A stretch of 64,000 nt of DNA from Heptranchias perlo (Eukaryota): NCBI RefSeq assembly GCF_035084215.1, contig NC_090336.1, positions 28,954,001 to 29,018,000 of the forward strand, given 5' to 3'. A program made the translations under genes and the position numbers. A model generated the notes under the pieces. The model saw nothing but the letters and a program-made list of their open reading frames with translations. It ran no database searches and was not told where the DNA came from. Shown piece after piece: positions 27,765-39,527 of the stretch. Every line of letters starts with the position of its first letter. Within the stretch, counting starts at the first letter, position 1.

Positions 27765-28975
27765 GAGTGGAAACAGGACAGACAGCCACTCAAGCCTGTT
27801 TCATCATTCAATTAGATCCTGGCTGATCTGGATCTTAACTCCATTTACCCACCTTGGTTCCATATCCCTTAATACCCTTGCCTATCAAAAATCTATCAAT
27901 CTCGGTTTTCAAATTTTCAATTGATTTAGTCTCAACAGCTTTTTGGGGGAGAGAGTTCCAGATTTTCACTACCCTTTGTGTGAAGACGTGCTTCCTGACC
28001 ACCCCTCAATGGCCTAGCTCTAATTTTAAGGCCCCCTTGTTCTGAATTCTACCACCAGAGGAAATAGTTTCTCTCTATCTACGCTATTAGTCCTTTAATC
28101 ACCTTAAACACGCATGCAGCAAGACCTAGACAACATCCAGGCTTGGGCTGATAAGTGGCAAGTAACATTCGCACCAGACAAGTGCCAGGCAATGATCATC
28201 TCCAACAAAAGAGAGAGTCTAACCACCTCCCCTTGACATTCAACTGCATTACCATCGCCGAATCCCCCACCATCAACATCCTGGGAGTCACCATTGACCA
28301 GAAACTTAACTGGACCAGCCATATAAATACTGTGGCTATGAGAGCAGGTCAGAGGCTGGGTATTCTGCGGCGAGTGACTCACCTCCTGACTCCCCAAAGC
28401 CTTTCCACCATCTACAAGGCACAAGTCAGGAGTGTGATGGAATATTCTCCACTTGCTTGGATGAGTGCAGCTCCAACAACACTCAAGAAGCTCAACACCA
28501 TCCAGGACAAAGCAGCCCGCTTGATTGGCAGCCCATCCACCACCCTAAACATTCACTCCCTTCACCACCAGCGCACTGTGGCTGCAGTGTGTACCATCCA
28601 CAGGATGCACTGCAGCAACTCGCCAAGGCTTCTTCGACAGCACCTCCCAAACCCGCGACCTCTACCACCTAGAAGGACAAGAGCAGCAGGTGCATGGGAA
28701 CAACACCACCTGCACGTTCCCCTCCAAGTCACACACCATCCTGACTTGGAAATATATCGTCGTTCCTTCATCGTTGCTGGGTCAAAATCCTGGAACTCCC
28801 TTCCTAACAGCACTGTGGGAGAACCTTCACCACACGGACTGCAGCGGTTCAAGAAGGCGGCTCACCACCACCTTCTCAAGGGCAATTAGGGATGGGCAAT
28901 AAATGCCGGCCTCGCCAGCAACGCCCACATCCCATGAACGAATAAAAAAAACCTCAATCAGATCACCCACTAATC
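27765..28975 (-). mobile_element. CR1 3' fragment interrupted by the LINE at 28111-28951
   Basis: Similar to 22740-23110; the host sequence ccttaaacac|ctcaatcagatcaccc is split by the insert. Confidence 0.7.
28111..28951 (+). mobile_element. L2/CR1-group LINE (second family), 3' fragment with complete tail
   Basis: ORF 28155..28889 (DQKLNWTSHIN...YKAQVRSVMEY...HLLKGN*), then AATAAA and an A tail. Confidence 0.9.
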
Positions 28976-30565
28976 CAATTACATCACCAGTTAAGAAAGA
29001 TTTTTGTAGCCATTGGAAGTCTGTTTTAGATTGTTCCAGACCATTGTAAATTTTGAAGAGAAATTAATCTCGTCAAGTGAATAATTTGCTCTGTTTTTAT
29101 TTTTAATCTCCCTTTGAAGGACATTGTTTGCGCGGGGGTGGAGGCAGGGTTGTGGGATCCTTGCCTGCAGTTTGGCAAGTAGTTGGAGTGTGGCGGGGTA
29201 ATTGTAACAAACATTGAGCACTCAATCACAGTGTAGGTATCAGGTGCGCTGGTATTCTTTGTAACCCAAGGCAACTGAGATATCCAAACCGAGGAGCGTT
29301 CGACTGAACAGTTGGGACATTTGTGGCGACAGTCGTTCATTGGCAAACTGAGCGCTGTATATTCATAGCATCCCTCATCCTCAGTTCCAAATAGCGCCCT
29401 AGTTGGTTGTTGTGATCGCTGTCTGTAGTGGTGCACAGTTGCAGCTACTTGGGAGTGTGGAGCAGATAAAAATCAAGTGGGAATGTTGGGTTGTTGCAAC
29501 TGTCAAAGAAACAAATTAAATCTAATTTTTGATTGGCTTGTTGACTTGACCGGTAAGTATTTGTGGCGCAGATTTCCGCGGGATTGAGTGGAGTAGTCCC
29601 AAAATATATCGGATGGGGAAAGATTGGAGCCCACCTTCCCAGCGAATCTACCGCCATATAGCTTTCTTCCCTGAGTAGAACTTAATCTGTTGCTTTTAAT
29701 ATAATTGTATGTTATGAATTCTCTCTGCTGGAGGTGAATAGCTCAAAGTGTTCACCACCGCTGGTTGTGCGGAGTGATCAGATGACTAAAATATGAATGG
29801 TCGCGATTTGGCAATAGAACTGGGCAACGGTGGAATTTGGTAGCACGTTGCAAAATGAGCCAAAATGATTGAATATATTGATGCTGAGCTACCTCTGGGT
29901 TTTAGCTTTGGATTTTTCAATATGGGTCTTTAAATTTCTTAGCCACCTATTACTATTGGAGAGGACAGGGTAATCATTTTTCCCCACACCATTGATTTAA
30001 ATACATTCAATTGACTGAATTTTCTTCACCCAGAGAAAGATAACTTTCTTCAGATCTTTTGATCATCTTGCGTGATTTTGGTGGTGAGTTGCCGATTCTT
30101 TATCCGCAGCGTCTTTTTCTTTTTCTCCAGGAAATTTAGACCACCTGTTGTCAGTGCAGGAAACTATTTTTCCACCCGATAGTTTACATTGCATCACTTC
30201 CAAGCGTTGGCATCCATAATGTCAAATAAACTCCGGTTCCTCAAGCAAGTATTAAATGGACTACAGGGAAACCCTAGGAAACGGCCATGTAAACGTGGTT
30301 GAATGAGGTTTGCGACTAAAACCGTTGCACCGTATGTTATTCACCGTTTAAATTTGCAGTTAAACCAAGAATTAGAATGGCATTTAGGCCTTATAAATGT
30401 GTCCTTGGTCCCAACACTCTGTTTTGTGCTCTAATGGAACGCGCTGTTGGGGGAGTGCCCATTCGCCCTGCTCAACTACATTTGGTATTAGAGCACCTGT
30501 TACAGCCAAGCAATGCCCCATTTGTTCCCGTTAGTGCTGTAGTTGAGTCGGGTAGATCTGGGTCA

Positions 30566-30772
30566 AAAGCAAAATATTGCGGATGCTAGAAATCTGAAAT
30601 ACAGAAAATTCTGGAGAAACTCAGCAAGTCAGGCAGCATCTGTGGAGAAAGAAAGTGATGTGGAGATGCCGGTGATGGACTGGGGTTGACAATTGTAAAC
30701 AATTTTACAACACCAAGTTATAGTCCAGAAAGAAAGAGTTAACGTTTCAGGACGACGACCTTCAGTCAGATC
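30566..30772 (-). mobile_element. Penelope pLTR-like short element carrying a nested 71-bp Penelope end (30656-30726)
   Basis: Left end is the reverse complement of 39496-39526. Degenerate hammerhead-like core on - (CTGACTGAAGG...TGAAACGTT). Insert flanked by AGAAAGAAAG duplication. Confidence 0.65.
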
Positions 30773-32230
30773 GTTTCGTTAGATCTGGTGGGATAGTTTT
30801 ATATGTCACCTGTCTATGCGCACATTCAAGTGCTAACTGGCAGCACTAAATTTCAAGACAAAAATAGTCCTCCTGAAAGCCTGCTGCAACCTTAAATTAT
30901 TGAAGTTCTGCTGCTCGTATAACCCACTTTTACATTTCAACGTTAGCCCCACTGCTAAGTGGTTTCTATTTCACAGGGAGCCAAAAGTTGCAGTACAAAT
31001 CGGAATCAGCGGAACCTCCTGACTCCAGAAAAAAGCCCTATGGGAGGCGGTCTTCTCATACCGTTCGTGCATGGACTATCACTTCAATCCTGTCAAACAG
31101 GATTTAAAGAGCGCTGAGGCATTTCTTTCATAAGCTGGAGTTCATTTAAATTGCCGTCCACTCCTCCAAACATTTACATTTTATTTGCCGGGTAGGAAGC
31201 TTCGCGCCTGTTTGTAAACATACAGGCGCAGAACTCTTTCCTAGGCAGGAAAATTGTACTTAAAAGCCCACAGTACAGACATAGTTGGCAGAGCCCGGAC
31301 AGTCCACATCATGTCTATTTACATAATAATGTAACCAACTACCGCATTACTAATCCCTCTGCTGGAACTCGCTCCGAAACAGCGAGGTTCAAAATATCAA
31401 AGGGAGGTGCGGCTGCCCCCTCGGACCCTGAACAACTTGTCCTGCCATTCAAACCCGGTGAACTGCACTGGGGCAGGAGATGGTCCGGCTACAGCTCGTC
31501 CCCTTGGCTACTCGACACCGCCTTGAGCCCCCGCCTGCTCAAGTGGAATTGCGGCATCTCTCCACCAATTCCCGCCCGTCCTTAAGCAGCAGGCTGCGTT
31601 CAACACTAATTATAGTTGAAACATGTTAACAAAAAGTATCCAATTCAAATGACAGATAGGAGGGAACGCTTCTCTTTTTCGACTACCGTGGATCAGAAAT
31701 TAAATTTAATGCACAGGTCAAGCTGTGTATGGGAGAGCAGAGAGGCGACCGCAAACACCACAATATATGTTTATAAACACCCGAGTGAGGTGGGGAGGCG
31801 GCGGTGACTGGGGGACCCGCTCTCCCGCAGGGAGCCCACCCTCCGCAATATCGACTGCACTGAGCCGGGCTGCGAGTCCCCGAGGCGGGTTATTTTATTC
31901 CCAGTCACTCGATGTCCCCACCCCCCTCCTCCTTCATCACCCCCTCCTCCTCCATCCTGCTCCTGCATCACCCCCCTCCTCCTCCTCCTCCTGCATCACC
32001 CCCCTCCTCCTCCTCCAGCACCCCCCCTCCTCCATCATCAGCCGCTCCTATCCGGTTACTGTCATGATTGGCGGCGCCAGCCGGGCTCCTGGAAGCAGCG
32101 ATGTTCCTCCTCCTCCTCCTCCCACACTCCCTCCTCCTCCTCCTCCCACTCTCCCTCCTCCTCCTCCTCCCACTCTCCCTCCTCCCCGGGGCAGCCGAAG
32201 CGCAGAGCGTTCTCCGAGAGCCGGGCGAAG

Positions 32231-32374
32231 GTGAGTCTTAAGCCGCGCTCTTGCTCTCTCTCCTCTCCTCTCTCTTAAACCGGCGGTAAACCCCGCCTGA
32301 CGGGATCCTTTCCCCCCCACTCCCACTCCACTCCCACTCCCACTCTCTCTTTCTCCTCTCCCCCCTGCCCTCAG
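32231..32374 (+). other. Predicted 144-bp 5' UTR intron of the Kir6 gene
   Basis: AAG|GTGAGT donor, CTGAC branch-like motif, long pyrimidine tract, and CAG acceptor 14 nt before the ATG. Confidence 0.7.
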
Positions 32375-32388
32375 GCGATGGGCCGGAG

Positions 32389-33597
32389 ATGTTGGCGAGG
32401 AAAGGCCTCATCCCGGAGGAGTACGTGCTGCGGCTGGTGGAGGACGTGTCGCGGCCCCGCTACAAGGAGCGGCAGCGCAAGGTGCGCTTCGTGGCCAAGA
32501 GCGGCGCCTGCAAGGTGGCCCACACCAACATCCGAGAGCAGGGCCGCTTCCTGCAGGACGTCTTCACCACGCTGGTGGACCTCAAGTGGCGCCACACGCT
32601 GCTCATCTTCACCATGAGCTTCCTGTGCAGCTGGCTGCTCTTCGCCATGATCTGGTGGCTCATCGCCTTCGCCCACGGCGACCTGCACCGGACCGAGCCG
32701 CACTTCGTGCCGTGCATCACCAGCCTGCGCTCCTTCACCTCGGCCTTCCTCTTCTCCATCGAGGTGCAGGTCACCATCGGCTTCGGCGGCCGCATGATCA
32801 CCGAGGAGTGCCCGGCCGCCATCACCGTGCTGATGGCGCAGAACATCGCGGGCCTGCTCATCAACGCCATCATGCTGGGCTGCATCTTCATGAAGACGTC
32901 GCAGGCCCACCGGCGGGCCGAGACGCTCATCTTCAGCAAGCACGCCGTGGTGTCGCCGAGGAACGGCCGCCTGTGCCTCATGTGCCGGGTGGGCGACCTG
33001 CGCAAGAGCATGATCATCGGCGCCAGCATCCGCATGCAGGTGGTGAGGCGGACGGCCACCGCCGAGGGCGAGGTGGTGCCGCTCGATCAGATCGACGTCC
33101 AGATCGACGGCGGCCCGGGGGGGGGAGGAGGAGGAGGCGCCATTTTCTTGGTCTCCCCGCTCATCATCGCCCACGTTATCGACCGGGACAGCCCGCTCTA
33201 CCGGCTGACGGCCGCCGACCTCCAGCGCCAGGACCTGGAGGTGATCGTCATCCTGGAAGGGGTGGTGGAGACGACCGGCATCACCACCCAGGCCCGCACC
33301 TCTTACCTGGCCGACGAGATCCTGTGGGGCCACCGCTTCGTGGCCATCGTGGGCGAGGAGGAGGGCCGCTACTCGGTCGATTACTCCAAGTTCGGCAACA
33401 CCGTCAAGGTGCCCACTCCCCCGCTCGGCGCCCGGCAGCTGGAGCGGGGCCAGCCGCCCGCTTTTTACGAGGAGGAGGACGACGACGAGGGAGGAGGAAG
33501 AAGAGGAGGAGGCGAGAAGGCCGCCACCTTCGACATCTTCCCCACGGGCAGCTCGGTGAGGAGAAGGGCCTCGGCCCCCCAGTCCGACCAAACCTGA
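32389..33597 (+). CDS. KCNJ11: ATP-sensitive inward rectifier K+ channel, Kir6.2-like, 402 aa, intronless CDS
   Basis: Kir6-specific TIGFG filter plus [22 protein letters not shown] and DYSKFGN. Short extracellular loop, no CDS intron and no RRNNS repeats favour KCNJ11 or a KCNJ11-like paralog over KCNJ8. Lies downstream of a SUR gene. Confidence 0.88.
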   Translation: MLARKGLIPEEYVLRLVEDVSRPRYKERQRKVRFVAKSGACKVAHTNIREQGRFLQDVFTTLVDLKWRHTLLIFTMSFLCSWLLFAMIWWLIAFAHGDLHRTEPHFVPCITSLRSFTSAFLFSIEVQVTIGFGGRMITEECPAAITVLMAQNIAGLLINAIMLGCIFMKTSQAHRRAETLIFSKHAVVSPRNGRLCLMCRVGDLRKSMIIGASIRMQVVRRTATAEGEVVPLDQIDVQIDGGPGGGGGGGAIFLVSPLIIAHVIDRDSPLYRLTAADLQRQDLEVIVILEGVVETTGITTQARTSYLADEILWGHRFVAIVGEEEGRYSVDYSKFGNTVKVPTPPLGARQLERGQPPAFYEEEDDDEGGGRRGGGEKAATFDIFPTGSSVRRRASAPQSDQT

Positions 33598-33618
33598 CCG
33601 CCGCTTCCCAGAGTGGGG

Positions 33619-33894
33619 NNNNNNNNNNNNNNNNNNNNNNNNNNNNNNNNNNNNNNNNNNNNNNNNNNNNNNNNNNNNNNNNNNNNNNNNNNNNNNNNNN
33701 NNNNNNNNNNNNNNNNNNNNNNNNNNNNNNNNNNNNNNNNNNNNNNNNNNNNNNNNNNNNNNNNNNNNNNNNNNNNNNNNNNNNNNNNNNNNNNNNNNNN
33801 NNNNNNNNNNNNNNNNNNNNNNNNNNNNNNNNNNNNNNNNNNNNNNNNNNNNNNNNNNNNNNNNNNNNNNNNNNNNNNNNNNNNNNNNNNNNNN
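33619..33894. other. Assembly gap (276 N)
   Basis: Run of N. Confidence 1.
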
Positions 33895-34552
33895 GAGGAG
33901 GAGGACAGCCCGGGGGAGGAGGAGGAGGAGGACAGCCCGGGGGAGGAGGAGGAGAGCCCGGGGGAGGAGGAGGAGGAGGAGGAGGAGAGCCCGGGGGAGG
34001 AGGAGGAGGAGAGCCCGGGGGAGGAGGAGGAGGAGAGCCCGGGGGAGGAGGAGGAGAGCCCGGGGGAGGAGGAGGAGGAGAGCCCGGGGGAGGAGGAGGA
34101 GGACAGCCCGGGGGAGGAGGAGGAGGACAGCCCGGGGGAGGAGGAGGAGGACAGCCCGGGGGAGGAGGAGGACAGCCCGGGGGAGGAGGAGGAGAGCCCG
34201 GGGGAGGGGGAGGAGGAGGAGAGCCCGGGGGAGGAGGAGGAGGAGGAGAGCCCGGGGGAGGAGGAGGAGGACAGCCCGGGGGAGGAGGAGGACAGCCCGG
34301 GGGAGGAGGAGGAGAGCCCGGGGGAGGGGGAGGAGGAGGAGAGCCCGGGGGAGGAGGAGGAGGAGGAGAGCCCGGGGGAGGAGGAGGAGGAGGACAGCCC
34401 GGGGGAGGAGGAGGAGGAGGACAGCCCGGGGGAGGAGGAGGAGGAGGACAGCCCGGGGGAGGAGGAGGAGGAGGACAGCCCGGAGGAGGAGGAGGACAGC
34501 CCGGGGGAGGAGGAGGAGGAGAGCCCGGGGGAGGAGGAGGAGGACAGCCCGG
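33895..34552 (+). repeat. Polypurine minisatellite (GAG)n[GAC]AGCCCGGGG
   Basis: About 30 units differing mainly in GAG number; continues into the gap. Confidence 0.97.
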
Positions 34553-34763
34553 CTCTGGGCTCCCCCCCCCCCCCCCCAAAAAAAAAATTAAACCCATATC
34601 GCTCATTACCTTGAACTTTTCACATATATATATATAAAAAAACAAAAGGTCGCTTTTTAAAATGGGATCTGTTTCAAATGGATGTTGTTGGGGGTGTTTT
34701 TTTTTGGGGGGGGGGGGTATCTCTTTAAAACGCGTTAGTTTCAGCAGCAAATTTTGTAACGGG

Positions 34764-34769
34764 AATAAA
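34764..34769 (+). terminator. Candidate polyadenylation signal of the Kir6 gene
   Basis: First AATAAA seen after the repeat. Confidence 0.35.
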
Positions 34770-37439
34770 TCTCCAAACGGTGGTCAGAGGAGGTTTTAAT
34801 CACTTTTCTCTCTCGCTTTAGTATCGGTCGGTCAAGGTGCTGAAGTTAACAGTTCCTCGCACTGAGTGCAATCACTATTAGGTTGTGGCTGTAGACCAAT
34901 ATATTGAGTTGGATTCGATTAGGCGGTCCTTCCCTCACACAAGGGAGTATTTCAGATGGAGAACAAAAAAAAAACTCGCTCTCGGGGGGTGTAAGACCAA
35001 AAAAAAACAAAAGTCCCAAATTGCCGGAGGTGTAAAGGACTCTTTACAGTAAAGGGTCGTTGGATCCGCCCTAAGAATTCGGCAGCGTTATAATCATGCT
35101 GGTTTTTTTTTACAAACTAAGAACCCTGATCGAGCAGAAAACAAGTACACAAACAGTGTGCATTAATCTTTATGTGGCTTTTTATCTCCCCCACCACACA
35201 CACAAATAAATCAGACAAATGTTCTGATTGGGAACACATTTTCCAAATACAGGCATGATAAACCACAGGACATCCAGATTTACCATATACATCCCGCCCA
35301 ACTATCAACCTCTCCCCTGCACAAAATCACCCCAGCCCAAGACATGCGATCATTTTTAATATGTGAGCCTCAAACTTACATACCCCGAGTGCTTAACACA
35401 CGAAAAGCACATATTTCGGACTGTTGCTTCGTGGCAACAATATTCATGAACAGCGGTAATGTTCTCTCGAAGGTCGTTTCCTGATCAAATAGCTGGTTTC
35501 CTCAGGGTCCGTTTTTACGCTCCTGATAATTTTACAAACCCATAACGATGCAGATGTACGCACTCTGTGAGCACACGGATGAGTTTATCCTTCCGTGCGT
35601 TCTCATTCAAACCACTCCACTTTTTAAACCATCGGAATGGCAGTTTAAATGTAAAATTGAATGAGCGTTCACCGGGTGCGATGTTGACAAGGTCCCAATG
35701 TTATTTCCTTCACATTATCGTCAAATACAATAACGCTGACATTTGCTATCCAGCCACCAATTATGAGGAATTTACAAACATTCACTGACTTTGAAAAGAA
35801 ACCGCCAAAGGAACGAACGAGGACAGATAACTGAATTCACCCCGTAAATATTGAATATACAGTCTAATAATCGAATTCAATTTAATTCTATGATTCTTAT
35901 ATTCACTACAAACAAGAATGAAGAGGCCATCCGCAAAAGCGCCCTAAAATTTGGTTGTTAAAAAGACATCTCCTGATACATCCAACCAACATTAAAGATC
36001 ATAATCTACTGTATTTCAGTTTAACACAAGAGCCAATCTAAAACCAAAGAAAAATCCTTTGTGATGTGGAGGGAGACTCTTTTACAAGGCCCAGTCGTCC
36101 AGCCTGAGGGAATTACATTACAGGGTAATTGGACACCAACTCCTTCAAGTCACATCTTATTAAAGTAATTAGAGAATTGGCAGAAATTGATCAATTTCTT
36201 TTCCGGCAATAATGTCCTACCATAGAGACTCCCATTATAAGCTTGTTGCATTTGCTATTTAAATGATTTACAATGGATAGCCCAATTCAAACTCACCCAA
36301 TCACTGCTCCCATACATTTTGGGAAAAGCTTCCAGATAAAGTACTTCCTGATTATTATTGGTTACGGAAACAGATAGTCTATGATAATTAGGAACACATT
36401 GTTGAGTGTAAATGAGAGAGTTTACCACATCTCCCAGACCGATGCTTAATTTCTGAGATTAGAATACAGGAGATACTACCTAGTTTCATCATCACAACCA
36501 AGGATTGCAAGCAAACATTAAGAACGTATATCTGGAACCAGTTTATCTGACCTGCATCTGTAGAATATACAGTAGCAGCATAAGTGTTCCCATATGGAAG
36601 TAGAAACCCAATTCAAAAAAATAAACCAAGCCAACAACTGTGTGCACTACCCCTTGCATGCACAGCAAGATTTGCAATAGATAAAGTTAACACAGGAGAC
36701 TGATTTTCCAGTAGAAATCAAACTATTTAGATGCAGTAAGCGTGTGTTTATAGTGCAGCTTTAGTATCAGTTCCTGCTTTGCAGCCATGTTAAAGTTAAA
36801 GTCTAACTCGAGTCAAGGCCCAACCCAGCTCAATTCCAGAGCCCAGTGATGAGACTCCTTGGAGGAGGTAATTTCAGTGCTTAGATTTTGTTACCGCATG
36901 AAGTTTAACTCCACAGTGGTGTCAAACCTGGTTTAAAAAGTGCTCATAGGCTTCTTCGATGACCTAGGCACTTAAAACAAAACTTACTTGGAATTGATGT
37001 AAAACGTTTACAGAATTCAAATGTTCCTGCTATGCTCGGTAAACATTTACTGCTGGGAAGCACACATATACCAATCTCCCTCATGGATTGAACAATTGCA
37101 GTTGGAGGCTGGTAGTATAAATTAGATATTGCCTAGAATCAGACTGGTAGCTACAAGTATAAATGCACCATAATGTAAGGCAACTGATTTATGTTTTTCC
37201 TGGGAAAATGGACAGAATTGTTGAAATTGATTCCCAAAATTTTGTAAAGAAAAATTGGAATCCCATGTAATAACAGAAATTTGACTTAGTCAGCATTAAC
37301 CAATGGTCTTGATTATAAATGGATTTGTGAAAAAAGCATGGTATGTATATATAGAAAACAAATGCAGTAATTTGTAGAAATGAACTCCTATGTTTCACAC
37401 CTTACTGCATGGAACAGGATTGAGAAATCATCCAGAAAT

Positions 37440-39157
37440 ACGTAAATATTTTGTATCTATCTTCACAGTAGAGGACACAAAAAGCATACCAAAATAGTGG
37501 GGAATGAAGGGGTAAATGAGAGTAAGGAACTTAAAATAATTAATATCACTACAGAAAAAGTACTGGACAAACTAATGGGGCTAAAAGCCAACAAATCCCC
37601 TGGACCTGATGGCCTACATCCAGGGGTTCTAAAAGAGGTGGCTGCAGAAATAGTGGATGCATTGGGTGTGATCTTCCAAAATTTTGTAGATTCTGGAATG
37701 GTCCCAGTGGACTGGAAGGTAGCAAATGTTGCCCTGCTATTCAAGAAAGGAGAGAGAGAGAAAACAGGGAACTACAGGCCAGTTAGCCTGATATCAGCAT
37801 TTGGGAAAATGCTGGAATCCATTATTAAGGAAGTAGTAACAGGGCACTTAGAAAATCATAATATGATTAGGCAGAGTCAACATGGTTTTATGAAAGGAAA
37901 ATCGTGTTTGACAAATTTATTAGTTTTTTGAGGATGTAACTAGCAGGGTAGATAAAGGGGAACCAGTGGATGTAGTATATTTGGCTTTTCAAAAGGCATT
38001 CGATAAGGTGCCACATAAAAGGTTGTCACATAAGGTAAGGGCTCATGGGGTTGGGGGTAATATATTAGCATGGATAGAGGATTGGTTAAAGGACAAAAAA
38101 CAGACAGTAGGGATAAACTGGTCATTGTCAGGTTGGCAGGCTGTAACTAGTGGGGTACCGCAAGGATTGGTGCTTGGGCCTCAGCTATTTACAATCTATA
38201 TTAATGACTTAGATAAAGGGACCGAGTGTAATGTATCCACGTTTGCTGACGATACAAAGCTAGGTGGGAAAGTAAGCTGTGAGGAGGACACAAAGAGTCT
38301 GCAAAGGGATATAGACAGGTGGGCAAGAAGGTGGCAGATGGAGTATAATTTGGGGAAATGTAAGGTTATTCACTTTGGTAGGAAGAATAGAAAAACAGAA
38401 TATTTTTTAAATGTTGAGAAACTATTAAATGTTGGTGTTCAGAGAGCGTTGGGTGTCCACGTACAAGAAACACAAAAAGTTAGCATGCACGTACAGCAAG
38501 CAATTAGGAAGGCAAATGGCATGTTGGCCTTTATTGCAAGGGGGTTGGAGTACAAGAGTAAGGAAGTCTTACTACAATTGTACAGGGCTTTGGTGAGACC
38601 TCACCTGGAGTACTGCGTACAGTTTTGGGCTCCTTATCTAAGGAAGGATATACTTGCCTTAAAGGCAGTGCAACAAAGGTTCACTAGATTAATTCCTGGG
38701 ATGAGAGGGTTGTTCTATGAGGAGAGGTTGAGTAGAATGTACTTATACTTTCTGGAGTTTAGAAGAATGAGAGGCCATCTCATTGAAACATATAATATTA
38801 TGAGGGGGCTTGACAGGCTAGATGCTGAGGGGTTGTTTCCCATGGCTGGAGAGTCTAGAACTAGGGGGCATAGTCACAACATAAGGGGTCAGCCATTTAA
38901 GACTGAGATGAGGAGGAATTTCTTTACTCAGAGGGTTGTGAACCTTTGGAATTCTCTACGCCAGAGGGCTGTGGATGCTGAGTCGTTGAATATATTCAAG
39001 GCTAAGATAGGTAGATTTTTGGACTATAGAATCAAGGGATATCGGGATCGGATAGGAAAGTGGAGTTGAGGTCGAAGATCAGCCATGATCTGATTGAATG
39101 GTGGAGCAGCCTCAAGGGGCCCAATGGCCTACCTGTGCTCTATTTCTTATGTTCTTA
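37440..39157 (+). mobile_element. CR1 LINE, 5'-truncated (RT to tail)
   Basis: ORFs 37497..37931 and 37966..39069 (one frameshift apart); tail tttcttatgttctta. Confidence 0.93.
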
Positions 39158-39330
39158 AACAATTGACAATGTAACCGTTGAGGATCCTAAAGAAAAACAA
39201 ACTGGATTTCAAAATCTTATTTCTGTGTCCAAAAAGCATTGGTCACAAGGGCTCTAAGAGAAAATTACAGTGCAAATTGAAAATACAACAACCTACAAAA
39301 GCTTCTGGGTTCGATACCCTGTACCAAAAA

Positions 39331-39527
39331 TATCTGGGAACATCAGGTCAGGCAGCATCTGTGAAGAGAACAGACAAGACATTTCAGTTCTGGACCTTTC
39401 GTCCAGTTCCGATGAAGGGTCCATATCCGAAATGTCTTATCTGTTCTCTCCAGATGACGCTTAACCTGCTGAGTGTTTCCATCTGTTGTTCTTTCAGATT
39501 TCCAGCATCTGCAGTATTTTGCTTTTT
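39331..39527. mobile_element. Palindromic Penelope pLTR-like element with two degenerate hammerhead-like cores
   Basis: Imperfect inverted repeat centred at ~39406; CCGATGAAGG...CCGAAATGTC on + and its counterpart on -. Confidence 0.6.

Larger units (their letters stand above)
31750..33618. promoter_or_regulatory. CpG island covering the Kir6 promoter, 5' UTR and CDS, with (CCT)n tracts at 31918-32186
   Basis: Abrupt rise in GC and CpG content against an AT-rich, CpG-poor background. Confidence 0.8.

Noticed and set aside
32371-33591. 406-aa antisense ORF over the Kir6 CDS
   Set aside because: Expected shadow of a CDS with extreme third-position GC.
33895-34552. CRISPR-like array
   Set aside because: Eukaryotic context and no unique spacers.
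32586-34750. Long ORFs of 683, 448 and 333 aa rich in Gly, Pro or Glu
   Set aside because: They result from reading through an N gap and a stop-free triplet repeat; no independent evidence of genes.
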